DNA of 64,000 nucleotides from Felis catus (Eukaryota): NCBI RefSeq assembly GCF_018350175.1, contig NC_058368.1:143284001-143348000 (forward strand), read 5' to 3'. The notes under the pieces were generated by a model. The model saw only the letters and a program-made list of their open reading frames with translations. It made no database searches and was not told the origin of the DNA. Numbering within the stretch: position 1 is the first letter of the stretch; the number at the start of each line of letters is the position of its first letter. Below, piece after piece: positions 47,060 to 58,698 of this stretch. The position numbers and the translations under genes are program-made.

Positions 47060-47228
47060 GCTTCCGAGCCCCTTTCTTGCATGGGTCCCTTCCACGTCCC
47101 CTGGGACATGCTCACATAGTCTCCTGATTTTGTAAAATGTGAAGGCAAGATTTTTGTATTCATTTTCTTAAAGTAGCTTTCCCAAATTGTGCAAGCTTAG
47201 GGCCTCACAAAACCTCATCCATCTCTGG
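47060..47228 (-). mobile_element. MER53-like DNA element
   Basis: TTTTGTATTCATTTTCTTAAAG..CCCAAATTGTGCAAGCTTAGGGCCTCACAAAACC. Confidence 0.55.
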
Positions 47229-47647
47229 CTGTCCAAGTCTCATAGGAATAAACAGTTAATCAGTTAGGATTGGCCTAACTCATCCTGTTATTCATTCAAA
47301 TGCTTTTAGAGAATTGTCCTGGACATTTGGAACTTGTGTTCCTACCCTATGAACACTTGTATGATCATCTGTGTAACTCACCAGAATGTGACTCCTTAAA
47401 GGCAGACAACATACTTTTTTAACCTGTTGTTTCTCTGACATTGAATACATTAAGCTCTTAGTAAATATTTGCTGAATGAATGAATGAATGAGCTTGAGAT
47501 TCATAAAGAATAAACATCCATTTTCTTTCCACAGTACTGATGACTAAAAATCTACATATGGAGAGTTAGACTTTATTTCAAATAGACTGTGGACCTGTTT
47601 TCATTTAGCCAGATCAATGGGTTCAGATTTGAATTTAAGAGGGTCTG

Positions 47648-47674
47648 TTTCTTTTTCTTTCTTTCTTTCTTTCT

Positions 47675-47714
<40 letters not shown>

Positions 47715-47888
47715 AACGTTTATTTGAGAGAGAGCACAAGGAGAGGAGGGGCAGAGAGAGAGAAGGAGAGAGAGAATCCCAAGCAGTTTCCTTACTGACA
47801 CAGGGCTCAATCTGATGAACCGTGAGATCATGACCTGAGCTGAAATCACGAGTCAGACACTTAACTGACTGAGTCACCCAGATGCCTC
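47648..47888 (-). mobile_element. Can-SINE with (TTTC)n tail
   Basis: (TTTC)n at about 47648-47713, then SINE body and head. Confidence 0.92.
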
Positions 47889-48248
47889 AACAGAGTCTAT
47901 TTCTGACGGCAGAACTAGAGGTAGAGAGGGGAGCAGGAAAGGTTGTGGGGAAACGTAGGGTCATACTGGGACATGAAAAAATTAAAGAGGTTAGGTTGAC
48001 CTGATGCTTTTCAAGCATTCTCTTACTCTGCCATGGATTTGGGGTTTCATGTTGGTATGAGCTAAACTAAGTTCTCCATGGAGTCATCTTACAGCTGTGC
48101 CCTGTAAGGTGGGATACGAGGGGAATATTTTGGGGAGGGGAGAGCCTGGCATGGAGGAATCAGGAATTTGTACCTGTCCTTCCTCTGAAAACAAGTAAGT
48201 GGGAAAAGGTGTCATTAAGGGAACTAGGTGGCAGGCGAAGAGCATTGG

Positions 48249-48927
48249 TGTTGGGCTTGATATTAAGAGTCAACTTGCCTGGGCATCAAGGTACCCAGAC
48301 ATTTGGTCAAACATGGTTCTGAGGCTGTTTATGAGGATGCTTCTGGGTGAGATTAACATTTCTCTTTTTGTTGTTTTTTTTAAAAAATAATCTCTATACA
48401 CAACATGGGGCTCAAGTTTAGAATTCTAGATCAAGAGCCATATGCTCCACCAACTGAGCTACTCAGGTGCCCCAGAGGTGAACATTTCTGACTGGGGACT
48501 GAGTAAAGCAGATTGCCCTCTCTAATGTGGGTGGGCTCAATCCAGTCAGCTGAGGGTCTCAAAAGAGCAAAAAGGTTGCCCCTCCCACATGTAAGGGGAG
48601 TCTCCTTGACTGCCTTTGAGCTGGGAAGATTTTTACTGCCTTCAGACTCTGAACTGAAACATTGAATTGAAACATTGCTTCTTCCTGGGTCTCCAGCCTA
48701 CTGACCTTCTGAATAGAACTACACTACCAGCTCTCTTGGGTCTTCAGCTTGTTGACTGCAAATCTTGGGATTTGTCAGCCTCCATAATCACATGAGCCAA
48801 TTCCTCATAATAAGTTTCTTTATATATCCATATCTATATTTATATTCATATCTGTCTCTATATCTGTCTGTCTTGATATCTCTGTATCCTATTGGTTCTG
48901 TTCCTCTGGAGCACCCTGATTAATACA
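48249..48927 (+). mobile_element. ERVL LTR (MLT2-type), interrupted by a short SINE
   Basis: GTCAACTTGCCTGGGC..CCCAGACATTTGGTCAAACA start; GAGTAAAGCAGATTGCCCTC; end CCTATTGGTTCTGTTCCTCTGGAGCACCCTGATTAATACA. Confidence 0.88.
48365..48474 (-). mobile_element. Short older carnivoran SINE
   Basis: TAATCTCTATACACAACATGGGGCTC...CAGGTGCCCC. Confidence 0.85.
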
Positions 48928-49030
48928 GCTGGAAATAAGGGCCTGAGGGGTCAAATGTCCATGTTTCCTATGGTCTGCATGTGGATTACATTAAAAAGAG
49001 GTGGGTTTGGGTCATCTAAAAGAGATATCA

Positions 49031-49229
49031 GGGGCGTCTGGGTGGCTTAGTCAGTTGAGGTTTGGAGTCCTGATTTTGGCTCAGGTCATGACCCCAGGGT
49101 CGTGGGATCAAGTCCCATGTCGGGCTTCATGCTGAGCATGGAGTCTTTTTTAATTTCTCTCTTTCTCTCCCTCTACACCTCTCCCTGAGTTGTGCTCTCT
49201 CTCTCTCTTAAAAAAATAAATAAATAAAA
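49031..49229 (+). mobile_element. Can-SINE (older subfamily)
   Basis: GGGGCGTCTGGGTGGCTTAG head, CT tract, AATAAA tail. Confidence 0.9.
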
Positions 49230-49509
49230 GAGACTCCCCCAAAACAGTCTTTCTAAGGAGTGGTGGTGGACCATCTAAAAGCTTCAAGGTGAGATGCAGT
49301 ATGTGGAATAGGAAGTGGTGGAGAAAGCAGTAGTCAGCCCCTCATCACTCATTATGAAAGGAAACGGGAGGTTGGAGGTCCTCAGGAGTGGGAACTCAGA
49401 AAGTCCACAGCACTAACTAGGAAATACCACTTTTGTCCTCTAACCCACCTCCTCCATTGATTGGACCATAGAAGAGCCACAAAGAGCAGTTACAAAGTGT
49501 AGAAGGAGA

Positions 49510-49590
49510 TAGATCTAGAAAGAAAGAATACCTCTTCATCATCACACACAGGTAGATCTAGAAAGAAAGAATACGTCTTATGCCACACAA
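49510..49590. repeat. Tandem duplication, period 43 bp
   Basis: TAGATCTAGAAAGAAAGAATAC identical at 49510-49531 and 49553-49574. Confidence 0.9.
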
Positions 49591-49727
49591 ACCCACCCTG
49601 GCCTTTCCCATTTGAGACTTGGGCTCTTGATTCAGGCCTGAGCATGAAAAGAGGGGGGGAATGGGGTCATAAAGAGAAACTCTGAATCAAATCACGGTGT
49701 ATTATGTTAATATTAGATAATACTGAG

Positions 49728-49958
49728 CTTTTTATTTTTATTAAAAAAAATTTTTTTTAGCATTTACTTATTTTTGAGAGACAGAGACAGAGTGTGAGTG
49801 GGGTCAAGGCAGAGAGCGAAGGAGACACAGAATCCGAAGCAGACTCCATACTCTGAGCTGTCAGCACAGAGCCTGATGTGGGGCTCGAACTCATGAACCA
49901 TGAGATCATGACCTGAGCTGAAGTGGGACGCTTAACCAACTGAGCCACCCAGGCACCC
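49728..49958 (-). mobile_element. Can-SINE
   Basis: Full body; degenerate TSD AATA.TGAG.TTTTTA. Confidence 0.93.
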
Positions 49959-51606
49959 GAATATTGAGGTTTTTAATAGCCAAATATGGTCAGAAAAACT
50001 AGGATCCCTGCCTAAGATTTCATGCAAGGATACAGGAGAATAATTTGACAGAAGTTTGAAAGAATGGTGAAGAATGAGTAAAACTGAAAGAGTAAAAGTA
50101 AAACTTTTGCCCTCGACTGGGTCCAGCTTATTCAATTAACCAGGTATATTCAGTTAGCCAAAAGAGAAATTTTTGGTGTGCGAATTTGTAAAACTTCTTA
50201 TGACTACCGTTACTATTTTATTCCAAAAAGTATAATGGAGACCTAAGAGCGCCCTTGATTTAAGCCTCAGGAGATTTGCTTTCTCTTTTTCTTTCTTCCA
50301 ATGACTCTGCCAAAGGCCAGCAAACTCATTTCCTGAATCAATTGGATGATTCAAAATTTCTCATCTCCAAAGTATAGCCTTAAAATCCTTTAAACAGAAA
50401 TTGAATATTGTAGCTTTGTATGTATCATTGTAATAACATAAGCATCAAAATGACACCAAGACTTAATGAGCCAACGAGGTCTGTGATTAATTCAGGAAGG
50501 TAGGAGTCTGTTGAAGAGGAGGGGGTGGTTCCTGCCAGGAATCTAAATGCTTTTCATCAAGGAAAGACACATCCTCATGAGATGCAGATCATGACAGTTT
50601 CAGGGCTATAGCTTTCAAACACTGCCCCTATTTCCAGGAAACAATACATTTGCCCTTACGTATTCATAACAATCTCTGAGTGTTTAGCAACTAGCTGCTT
50701 TTTGCCAGGCAGCAAAGTTCTCTGCTAAAATGTTGTCAGATCATCAACCCACAAGCTATAAACCACCTACCCACTAGCTCTGTTCTTCAACACTAATTTT
50801 CTTTTAATGCCTGTTTGTTTGTCCGGGGGGTGGGGGAACAGGGAGCTATTATGATGATTTATAGCATCTGCTTGATCTCCAAGATTTGATTTGTTTAAAT
50901 ATGGAGTCTGGTATTCAGACGGCGTTTGCAAAGTTTGCAAATAAATGAATATCTTTTCTTGAAATTGAACCGAGGAAATGATTAATTCCCTTGGTTTCTT
51001 CTTGTTTGTCTGAAAGTGGGGGTTCAGAAAGCATCAAAATGGAAGGCACCTGTTGTGCCAGCCTTAACTTTAACAGTCAAACAGAGCATAAAATCTCCTG
51101 GAGTAGTAATAGAGCTTTGGTTTTCCAAAGCAGCCTCTGCATTCTCAGGACCAAATTAATGGGCGGAATTTAAGTCGACCAGTCTCATCTTGGATTTTCT
51201 ACATGATGCTACTTTCAGATGTCCGCATCCTAAGTCTCTGTCCTTTACAGGAAGGTTTCTTTCATCTTCTTCTATTCTATTCTTTTCTTTCTTCCCCTTC
51301 TTCTTCTGCTTCTTTTGCTTCTTCTTCGTTTTGTCTGACATATTCAAAGGAATATATCTGACGGAATAGTGATAGCTCACAGAATCTCCAAGAAACCAGA
51401 GAACAAGGGTCTGCAAACAAAGAAGAATAGGAAAGGCCAGTTGAATAAAACCACAGACAAAGCCACACACCAGCATCATCTGGGAAGGGTACTAGTGCCC
51501 CTGCGGAGTGAGAAACCCTGTAGCTTTGCACTGCTGGCCCTGGACACTGGACATGCCAATGGCTCCATGACTTCTGCCGCCCTTGGACACAGGTGTTACA
51601 TTCAGG

Positions 51607-52020
51607 ATTTTTTTTTAAGTATAGTTGACATACAATGTTACATTAGTTTCAGGTGTACAACATGGTGATTCAACAATTCTACACATTATGCAATGCTCAC
51701 CACTATATATGTAGTCGCCCTACATTATTAGAATATTATTGACTGTATCTCCTATGCTATACTTTCCATTTCCACGGTTTGTTTATTTGCTTATTAATTT
51801 AATTTAAAAATTTTTTTAAGATTTTATTTTTAAGTAATCTCTACACCCAGTGTGGGCCTTGAACTCATAATATCCCCGAGATCGAGAATCACAAGCTCCA
51901 CTGGCTGAGCCAGCCAGGTACCCCTCCATGGCTTACTTATTTTATAATGGGAAGTTTACACCTCTTAATCCCCTTCAATTATTTCACCCATCCCCCACTT
52001 CCCCTCCCCTCTGGCAACCC
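51607..52020 (-). mobile_element. L1 3' UTR (carnivoran/L1MA-type), interrupted by a short SINE at about 51795-51924
   Basis: AAGTATAGTTGACATACAATGTTACATTAGTTTCAGGTGTACAACAT...CCCCTCTGGCAACC. Confidence 0.88.
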
Positions 52021-53229
52021 TCCCCCCTCCCCCCCCACCCTCCCCCCGCCCCGGTTTGTTTTTGTTTCCATTTCTACCTTCCAGGTCTCTGGTAACTTCT
52101 CACGTGCTGATAAAATGCTCATGTCTTGTGGTTGCAGATTCTGTTTTTCAGAACGGAAAGATGAGAACCTTAGTATTACCAGCAATGATTCAGAACCTCA
52201 CAAAAAGTTCAGTGGGCACCTTTCCCGGGTATATCAGAAGCCTTGGCTAGAATGTATGACTTTCTCTCTTTGGGTCACGTGTTGTGACATCATTATTGCT
52301 TGTTGCCATTTTAGTCCAGAAGTTTTAAAAAGGCTTTCTTTCCGTTTGCTTTCATTTCAGTTAAGTAGTCAATAACCATGTGGGCCTAAAAGGCAACAAT
52401 GCAGCTGGCGATGGGTGTAAGAGATAGGCAGAGAGAAAAACGGCAAAAATAGAACGTAATGGAATTAATTGAGAGAAAGAGAAAGAGGAGAAAGCCAAGA
52501 GGAAGAGAAAAACGAGCAAGATGGGAGTATCACACATGCGGGAGATGACCTGTGATCTGATATTAACTAATAAAAAGCATAGATAACGTACAGGCCTTCT
52601 GCACTTTCTTATAATGTGGCAATCACCAGAACATTTCATTTTCCTTAGTGTATTTGATAGTTTGGGCCTCGGTCATTTAATTTTTGAAACAGGAGGTGAT
52701 ACGTGTTACTGGATTTTGAAGCGAAGTAAGTTAAATCAGATAAACAAAGCATTTAGCCCAATGCCTGGTGTATTGTAATTGTAATTGCCCAATGAAATGT
52801 TAGATTCCCTTCCCTTTGACCCAGTAGGTTAATGTTTTATCACAAAAGGAAAAGAGCAAGAGGAAAACAAAAACAAAGGCAACAGGATGAAATCTATAAA
52901 TAATGACATAACCGCCTTTATCTGTGGATTCTAAACTCTTCTTCTTCCATGACTTCTTTTATCAGGGCTGTCAGCTAATAATAATATTAGCTGATTTGAG
53001 TTTTTCCTGTTCTGCTTCCTCTATTAGAAGAAACATTATTTGCTTTGCTTTGGTGGGGGGAGGGGAGAGTTGTTTTCACGGAAGCCTGTTATGCTGCGCT
53101 AAGGGGAGTGGACTGCACTCTTCAGGCTGAGGAGCCAGCAGCATTGTTCAAGCTCAGAAGGCATCCAACAGGCTTTTCATTTTGCAATATCCACCTGATG
53201 TAGGAAGGGAGATGAGAAGAATGAGGCTG

Positions 53230-53800
53230 TAAGCTAGAAATCATTTACGCAACAATATGCACCCAGTGCCTATTTTATGTTAGGTACTAGGGAGACAACG
53301 TCCCTGACCACTCGGAGCTGACTATATAGTAGGGGAGGCAGACCCTCAAAGAAGAATGTAAATACATATTTGGGTAAATGTAATGAAGGAAAAGGAAGGA
53401 AAGACTCTATGAATGAAAGGAAATGCTTCTCTGAGAAAGTGATGCTTGGGCTTGAGGATAAATAAAGGAAGTCAGACAGAGAAGAATAAGGAAAGACCTT
53501 ATTCAGGAAGGAGAAACTCGAACGTGCTTATGTGCTGAAGGGAATGATGATGTGCGAGGGGGGTTTAGGAGAGAGGCAAAAGACAGGATAATTTATGGAG
53601 TAAGAGTCCTCAGAGGATGTGTTCAGTGCTGGGGTAGAAGAATTAGCCTTGGCCAGGAGGAAGGTCACCATTCACTTCGGGATAGGACAGAAGGAGAGGG
53701 AATGGAAACATGTATTGATAGGTTTATAGATGAAAGATAGGATATGGCGGAGTTTTTCTGGGATGGTCTCGTGTTCTTTGCGCAGTAGGAGAAGTGGTTG
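53230..53800 (-). mobile_element. Degenerate L2
   Basis: GTGCCTATTTTATGTTAGGTACTAGGGAGA..CTTCTCTGAGAAAGTGATG motifs. Confidence 0.55.
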
Positions 53801-54569
53801 CTGAAGGTGAGGACAGCTTATAGAGTGGAGGGCTTGGTGAAAATGGATTGAAATGGATTCCTTGGAAAACCAGAGGGAGCCATGGCAGGGGGATGAGGCT
53901 CCTGTCCTTCCTCTGAAGGATGCTCCCATAGACCCCTTTTCTCCCTTTAATTATTATATTTTCCAAGGAACTCAGTAGTGACATACAACACTCATGAGGA
54001 CAAGCATAGGAGAATTCTCCCATTACACCTCTATGTCTTAAACAACAACAACAAAGAAAAATGGTACATTTATGCAGGCTTCCTTTCATCCACCCTTCAG
54101 TGAGACCCAATAATGATATTGGCAAAAATGAGAAATCTGAGAATATGGAGTGTGAGTGTCAATGTGGGCAAAAAGGAACACTGCTGGGGATGGGTGTGAT
54201 GGTGTAGACTCATACAGCTATGAAGAGCCAGGTTACAATGTTTTGTAAAATTTAAACTTCCATAAACTATGTATGCCATAACAGCAAGAGACAGACCTTG
54301 AAGATAGTTTTTCAAACAGCAGATGGACATCCAATAGTGGGTCCAGAAATCAAGCGGCTCTCAGCTAACAAGTTAAAAGAACTTAGATTAAAGGTAGGTC
54401 ATATCAGAGGTCATTACTCATAGAAAGAATAAGTACTATTTCTCAAAAAATGTTGATTTCACCTACATATATGCAACTGGTTACAAGGAGACCTGAGCTG
54501 ATCACAGTAAGAAATTTTCCATTGTGGGATGGGGTCAAATAGGTAGAAACCCTTCTCTAGGGCAACTCA

Positions 54570-55290
54570 CACACACGCACACAAGGAAACATGACTAGAG
54601 CCATTTCTCAAAGCATTGATTATAATAGTGATTTATAATTTAGGAAACCATCTCTGTCAGTAGATGAATTGAAAGTGGTCTGTTTATATTATGCAGTATT
54701 GAACTAGGTCCAACTATATCAGCATTCATAAATCTGAAAAGTGAAAAAAGCAAGCCGAGGAATATGCAAGTATGATACCAATTGTGAAAAATTAAAAAAA
54801 ATTTTTTTTTCGTTTATTTATTTTTGGGACAGAGAGAGACAGAGCATGAACGGGCAAGGGGCAGAGAGAGAGGGAGACACAGAATCCGAAGTAGGCTCCA
54901 GGCTCTGAGCCGTCAGCCCAGAGCCCGACGCGGGGCTCAAACTCACAGAGCGCGAGATCGTGACCTGGCTGAAGTCGGACGCTTAACCGACTGCGCCACC
55001 CAGGCGCCCCTCAATTGTGAAAAATTTTAAAAAACCCCACAAAACAACGCCATATATTATTTTCACTATATTTATATTTATATAAAAGAATAAAAATACT
55101 GGAAAGATATGCCATACGGTTTGGTAATTGTTGCCTCTGGAGAGTAGAAAAGGGACTCGGACTGCACATGGGAACAAAGAAGGTTTTATTTCTCATGTTT
55201 TTAATTGAAAATGTTCTTGAGAAAAATGCAATAAGGTAATAATTGCCAGTTTGGGGCACTGAATACACCACTGTCTGTTATATTTTTCTT
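54570..55290 (+). mobile_element. Old L1 (L1M-type) remnant interrupted by a SINE
   Basis: AAGCATTGATTATAATAG, AGTATGATACCA and TTGTTGCCTCTGG motifs. Confidence 0.6.
54794..55010 (-). mobile_element. Young Can-SINE (CpG-intact)
   Basis: TSD CAATTGTGAAAAATT at 54779-54793 and 55012-55026. Confidence 0.96.
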
Positions 55291-55305
55291 TGTACTCACT
55301 GTAGC

Positions 55306-55513
55306 TTTTTTTTTTTTAAGTTTCATTTATTTATTTTGAAAGAGAGAGGGGGGAGGGGCAGAGAGAGAGAGAGAGAGAGAGAGGAGGAGAGAATCCCATG
55401 TAGGCTCCACATGTTGTCAGTGCAGAGCCCCATGTGGGGCTGGAACTCACAAACTGCAAGATCATGAAATCAAGAGCTGGATGCTTAACCAACTGAACCA
55501 CTCACGCACTCCC
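55306..55513 (-). mobile_element. Can-SINE (diverged)
   Basis: T tail, (GA)n, body; flanking ACTCA.TGTAG.TTT repeat. Confidence 0.88.
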
Positions 55514-55521
55514 TCACTCAT

Positions 55522-55700
55522 TGTAGTTTTAAAGATGTGTTTACAAAAAAAAAAAAAAAAGAAAGAAAAAGATGTGTTAACACATGCTTTGATATTCCTC
55601 CCCTCAAGAGATGGAGTTTAATTTCCTTCTCCTTAAGTTTGGGCTGGATTTGGTGACTGGCTTCTAGAAAATAGAATATGGCAGAAGGAATGGAATGCCA

Positions 55701-55739
<39 letters not shown>

Positions 55740-56362
55740 TTTTTTCAACGTTTATTTATTTTTGGGACAGAGAGAGACAGAGCATGAACGGGCGAGGGGC
55801 AGACAGAGAGGGAGACACAGAAACGGAAACAGGCTCCAGGCTCTGAGCCATCAGCCCAGAGCCCGACGCGGGGCTCGAACTCACGGACCGCGAGATCGTG
55901 ACCTGGCTGAAGTTGGACGCTTAACCGACTACGCCACCCAGGCGCCCCTGGAATGCCACCTTTAAGATAAGACCAGCAGCTAGGAAAGAAGATTCTAGCT
56001 TGTATCCTGGGTTCTCTCTCTCTCCTTCTATTCCTTCCTCCCAACCCCCTCTCAGATTTCTCATTCTGGGGGACCAGCTGCTAAGTTAAACGAACAGCCT
56101 TATGGAGAGGCCCGCATGGTGAGGAAATGAATCTGCTACCAACAGTCAGAGGAGTGAGGTCGTGTGATTCTTAGCCCCTTCAGATAACTGCCCTCCTGGC
56201 CGACAACATGACTACAGGCTTGTGAGAGACCTTGACCGAGAACCATACAACTAAGCCACTCTCAAATTTCTGACCCTCAGAAATTGTGTGAGATAATAAA
56301 TGTTTATTGTTTAAAGCTGCTAAGTGTTGGGGCAATTTGTTACATTGCAGTAGATAGCTATT
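55522..56362 (+). mobile_element. MaLR LTR (MLT1F/G-like), interrupted by a SINE
   Basis: TCCTCCCCTCAAGAGATGGAG, ATGGAGAGGCCCGCATGG, TGTGAGAGACCTTGA, AATAAATG..TTAAAGCTGCTAAG..GCAGTAGATA. Confidence 0.88.
55706..55948 (-). mobile_element. Young Can-SINE (CpG-intact, long pure T tail)
   Basis: TSD TGGAATGCCACCTTT at 55691-55705 and 55949-55963. Confidence 0.96.
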
Positions 56363-56534
56363 GTAAGTTCTCTGTATTTATATTTTTTCTCAAAAAAGGA
56401 AAAATCTCTTCTAAATACATTTATAAGTCAATAAAACTTTAAAATGAAAGGAACAGAAAGAAACTATTACCTACTCCCTTAAAATATCAACACAAACCAA
56501 GAAGTCAAGTGTTTGAGGGTATCAGAGTCATAGA

Positions 56535-57060
56535 ATGAAGCTTAAGATCATGAACTCTAGAGCCAGACAATCTAGACTTAATGCCCTTCCTCTGTGCCTC
56601 ACTAGCTTTGTGACCTTGGGAAAGTTGCCTAACCTCTCTGACCATCAGTTTCCTTATCTGTAAAATGGGAATAATAGTAGTTCCTGCCTCGTAGGTTTGT
56701 GGTGAAGGTTAAATGAATCTATTTGTTCTCTGTATTTATGAGTTTGTTTCTATTTTTTGTTTATTTTGGTTTTTAGATTCCCACATATAAGTGAAATCAT
56801 ATGTTATTTGTCTTTCTCTGACTTATTTCATTTAGCATAATCTAGTATGGTGACAGGCAGTGACTGCATTTGTCATGGTGAGCATTGTGTGATGTATAGA
56901 ATTGTTGAATCACTCTGTTGTGCACCTAAAACTAATATAACATTGTATGCCAACTATATTTCAATAAAAAAAGGCTAAATGGACCAACAAATATAAGGCA
57001 ATTAGAACAGTGCCTGACATAATGAGCACTTTATACATGCAACTTATAATTCTTAGTATT
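56535..57060 (+). mobile_element. MIR interrupted by an inverted L1
   Basis: CTAGCTTTGTGACCTTGGGAAAGTTGCCTAACCTCTCTG..CTGTAAAATGGGAATAATA; resumes as TTAGAACAGTGCCTGACATA. Confidence 0.88.
56720..56970 (+). mobile_element. Short L1 with 5' inversion
   Basis: Antisense L1 at about 56720-56841 joined to a sense L1 3' end with AATAAAAAAA; degenerate TSD. Confidence 0.8.
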
Positions 57061-58168
57061 GTTTAAAGGCAGGGGACCTTAAAGATGATCTAATTCAACC
57101 CTTTCATTTTGCGAGTGAGGAAAATGGAGATTCTTCATTTAGGGCTTAGAGCTATTTCTTCCTTGAGATGTCATTTCCACAGGAATTTTCTTTTTCCTCC
57201 CTTTATGTTAATTATACCTACTGAATGTCCCAATTTGCAAGGAACTTTGTTGGGCTCCTTTACATACAGTACCTCATCTAATCCTTAAAATAATGTAGGT
57301 ATTTTTGTTATCTCCGTTTTGAAAAAACACTCAAACTCTGAGAGCTTATCATTTGCTCACAGACTAGTCAGTGGCAAAGTCAGGATTCAAACTCAGGTCT
57401 TCTGATAACAAGATTAGTGGCACAAGTACTTTTTAAACCATTTTAAGGTGTTTCAAGATTGTCTGTCTGGATTATAAAGCTCTTGTAGCCTTCTCTGCCT
57501 ACAACCTCATAGGACTCTAGAACAGATGTTTTCTTTGTATTCTTTTTTGGAGGTTACTATGGGTCACTTTCACATTTTTCGAAGGATGATCGAATCTGGA
57601 ATCATGACTTCATCTTTCTATAGAGCAAGACCTATTTCTACAGAATGCATTGTTTGGTCTATTTCATTTCCATAATATTCTTCTACTTGGTTCCCTATTC
57701 TATATTCCAAAGAGGAACATGTCAGCTGACTGCTAAGAACTGGCAAGTCATCTAACGAGACTTAGCAGATTAGGAAGAGCTCAGGAAATGCTCCCAACCT
57801 ACTAAAACTGACCTCAAACCTACTATTAATCAACCATGAAGCTTTAGTTTTGTTATTTGATTTTCACAACAATCCTATGAAACCTACTGAGATTTTCCCG
57901 TGTCTTACAGATCAGATAGAATCTTGGGGAGTTGAATTGGCATACTCAGAGTAACAGATCAGAAGTAGCAGAGTTCTGAGTGTCCTTTTCAAAACATCTT
58001 TACAACTGTACCCAGTAATTCCACATCTGGGTCTTTAGCCTCCACAAAGACTCTCAAAGGGTGCAAGAATATATGTACAAGGGTGTTCATTGCATTATTC
58101 ATAGTAATGAAAACTTGAAGACTACTTAAAGATTCAACCACAGAAGGTTATTTAAAGAAATTATGACA

Positions 58169-58288
58169 GGGGTGCTTGGGTGGCTCAGTTGGTCAAATGT
58201 CCAGGGTCAGCTCAGTTCATAATCTTGCAGTTCATGAGTTTGAGCCCCGCATAGGGCTCCCCACTGACAGTGCAGAGCCTGCTTGGGA

Positions 58289-58330
<42 letters not shown>

Positions 58331-58356
58331 AATAAATGAATTTAAAAAAAATCTAT
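58169..58356 (+). mobile_element. Can-SINE (older)
   Basis: Head, long (CT)n, A tail. Confidence 0.9.
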
Positions 58357-58372
58357 TAAAAAACAATAAATA

Positions 58373-58580
58373 GGGGCGCCTGGGTGGCGCAGTCGGTTGA
58401 GCGTCGGACTTCAGCCAGGTCACGATCTTGTGGTCCGTGAGTTCGAGCCCCGCGTCAGGCTCTGGGCTGATGGCTCAGAGCCTGGAGCCTGTTTCTGATT
58501 CTGTGTCTCCCTCTCTCTCTGCCCATCCCCCGTTCATGCTCTGTCTCTGTGTCCCAAAAATAAATAAACGTTGAAAAAAA
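58373..58580 (+). mobile_element. Young Can-SINE inserted in the tail of the previous SINE
   Basis: TSD TAAAAAACAATAAATA at 58357-58372 and 58581-58596. Confidence 0.95.
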
Positions 58581-58658
58581 TAAAAAACAATAAATAAATA
58601 AAGACATATTCATACTCTGGGAGGGATACTTAGCAGCCATCTAAAACAATGAGGTGAA

Positions 58659-58698
58659 CATACACATACACAGACACACACACACACACACACACACA
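58659..58698. repeat. (CA)n microsatellite
   Basis: Imperfect then pure CA run. Confidence 0.9.

Noticed and set aside
51156..51479. Lysine-rich minus-strand ORF (MSDKTKKKQKKQKKKGKKEK...)
   Set aside because: Composition follows from an AAG-rich low-complexity tract; no family recognised and no poly(A)/TSD to suggest a retrocopy. tBLASTn conservation would be needed to revive it.
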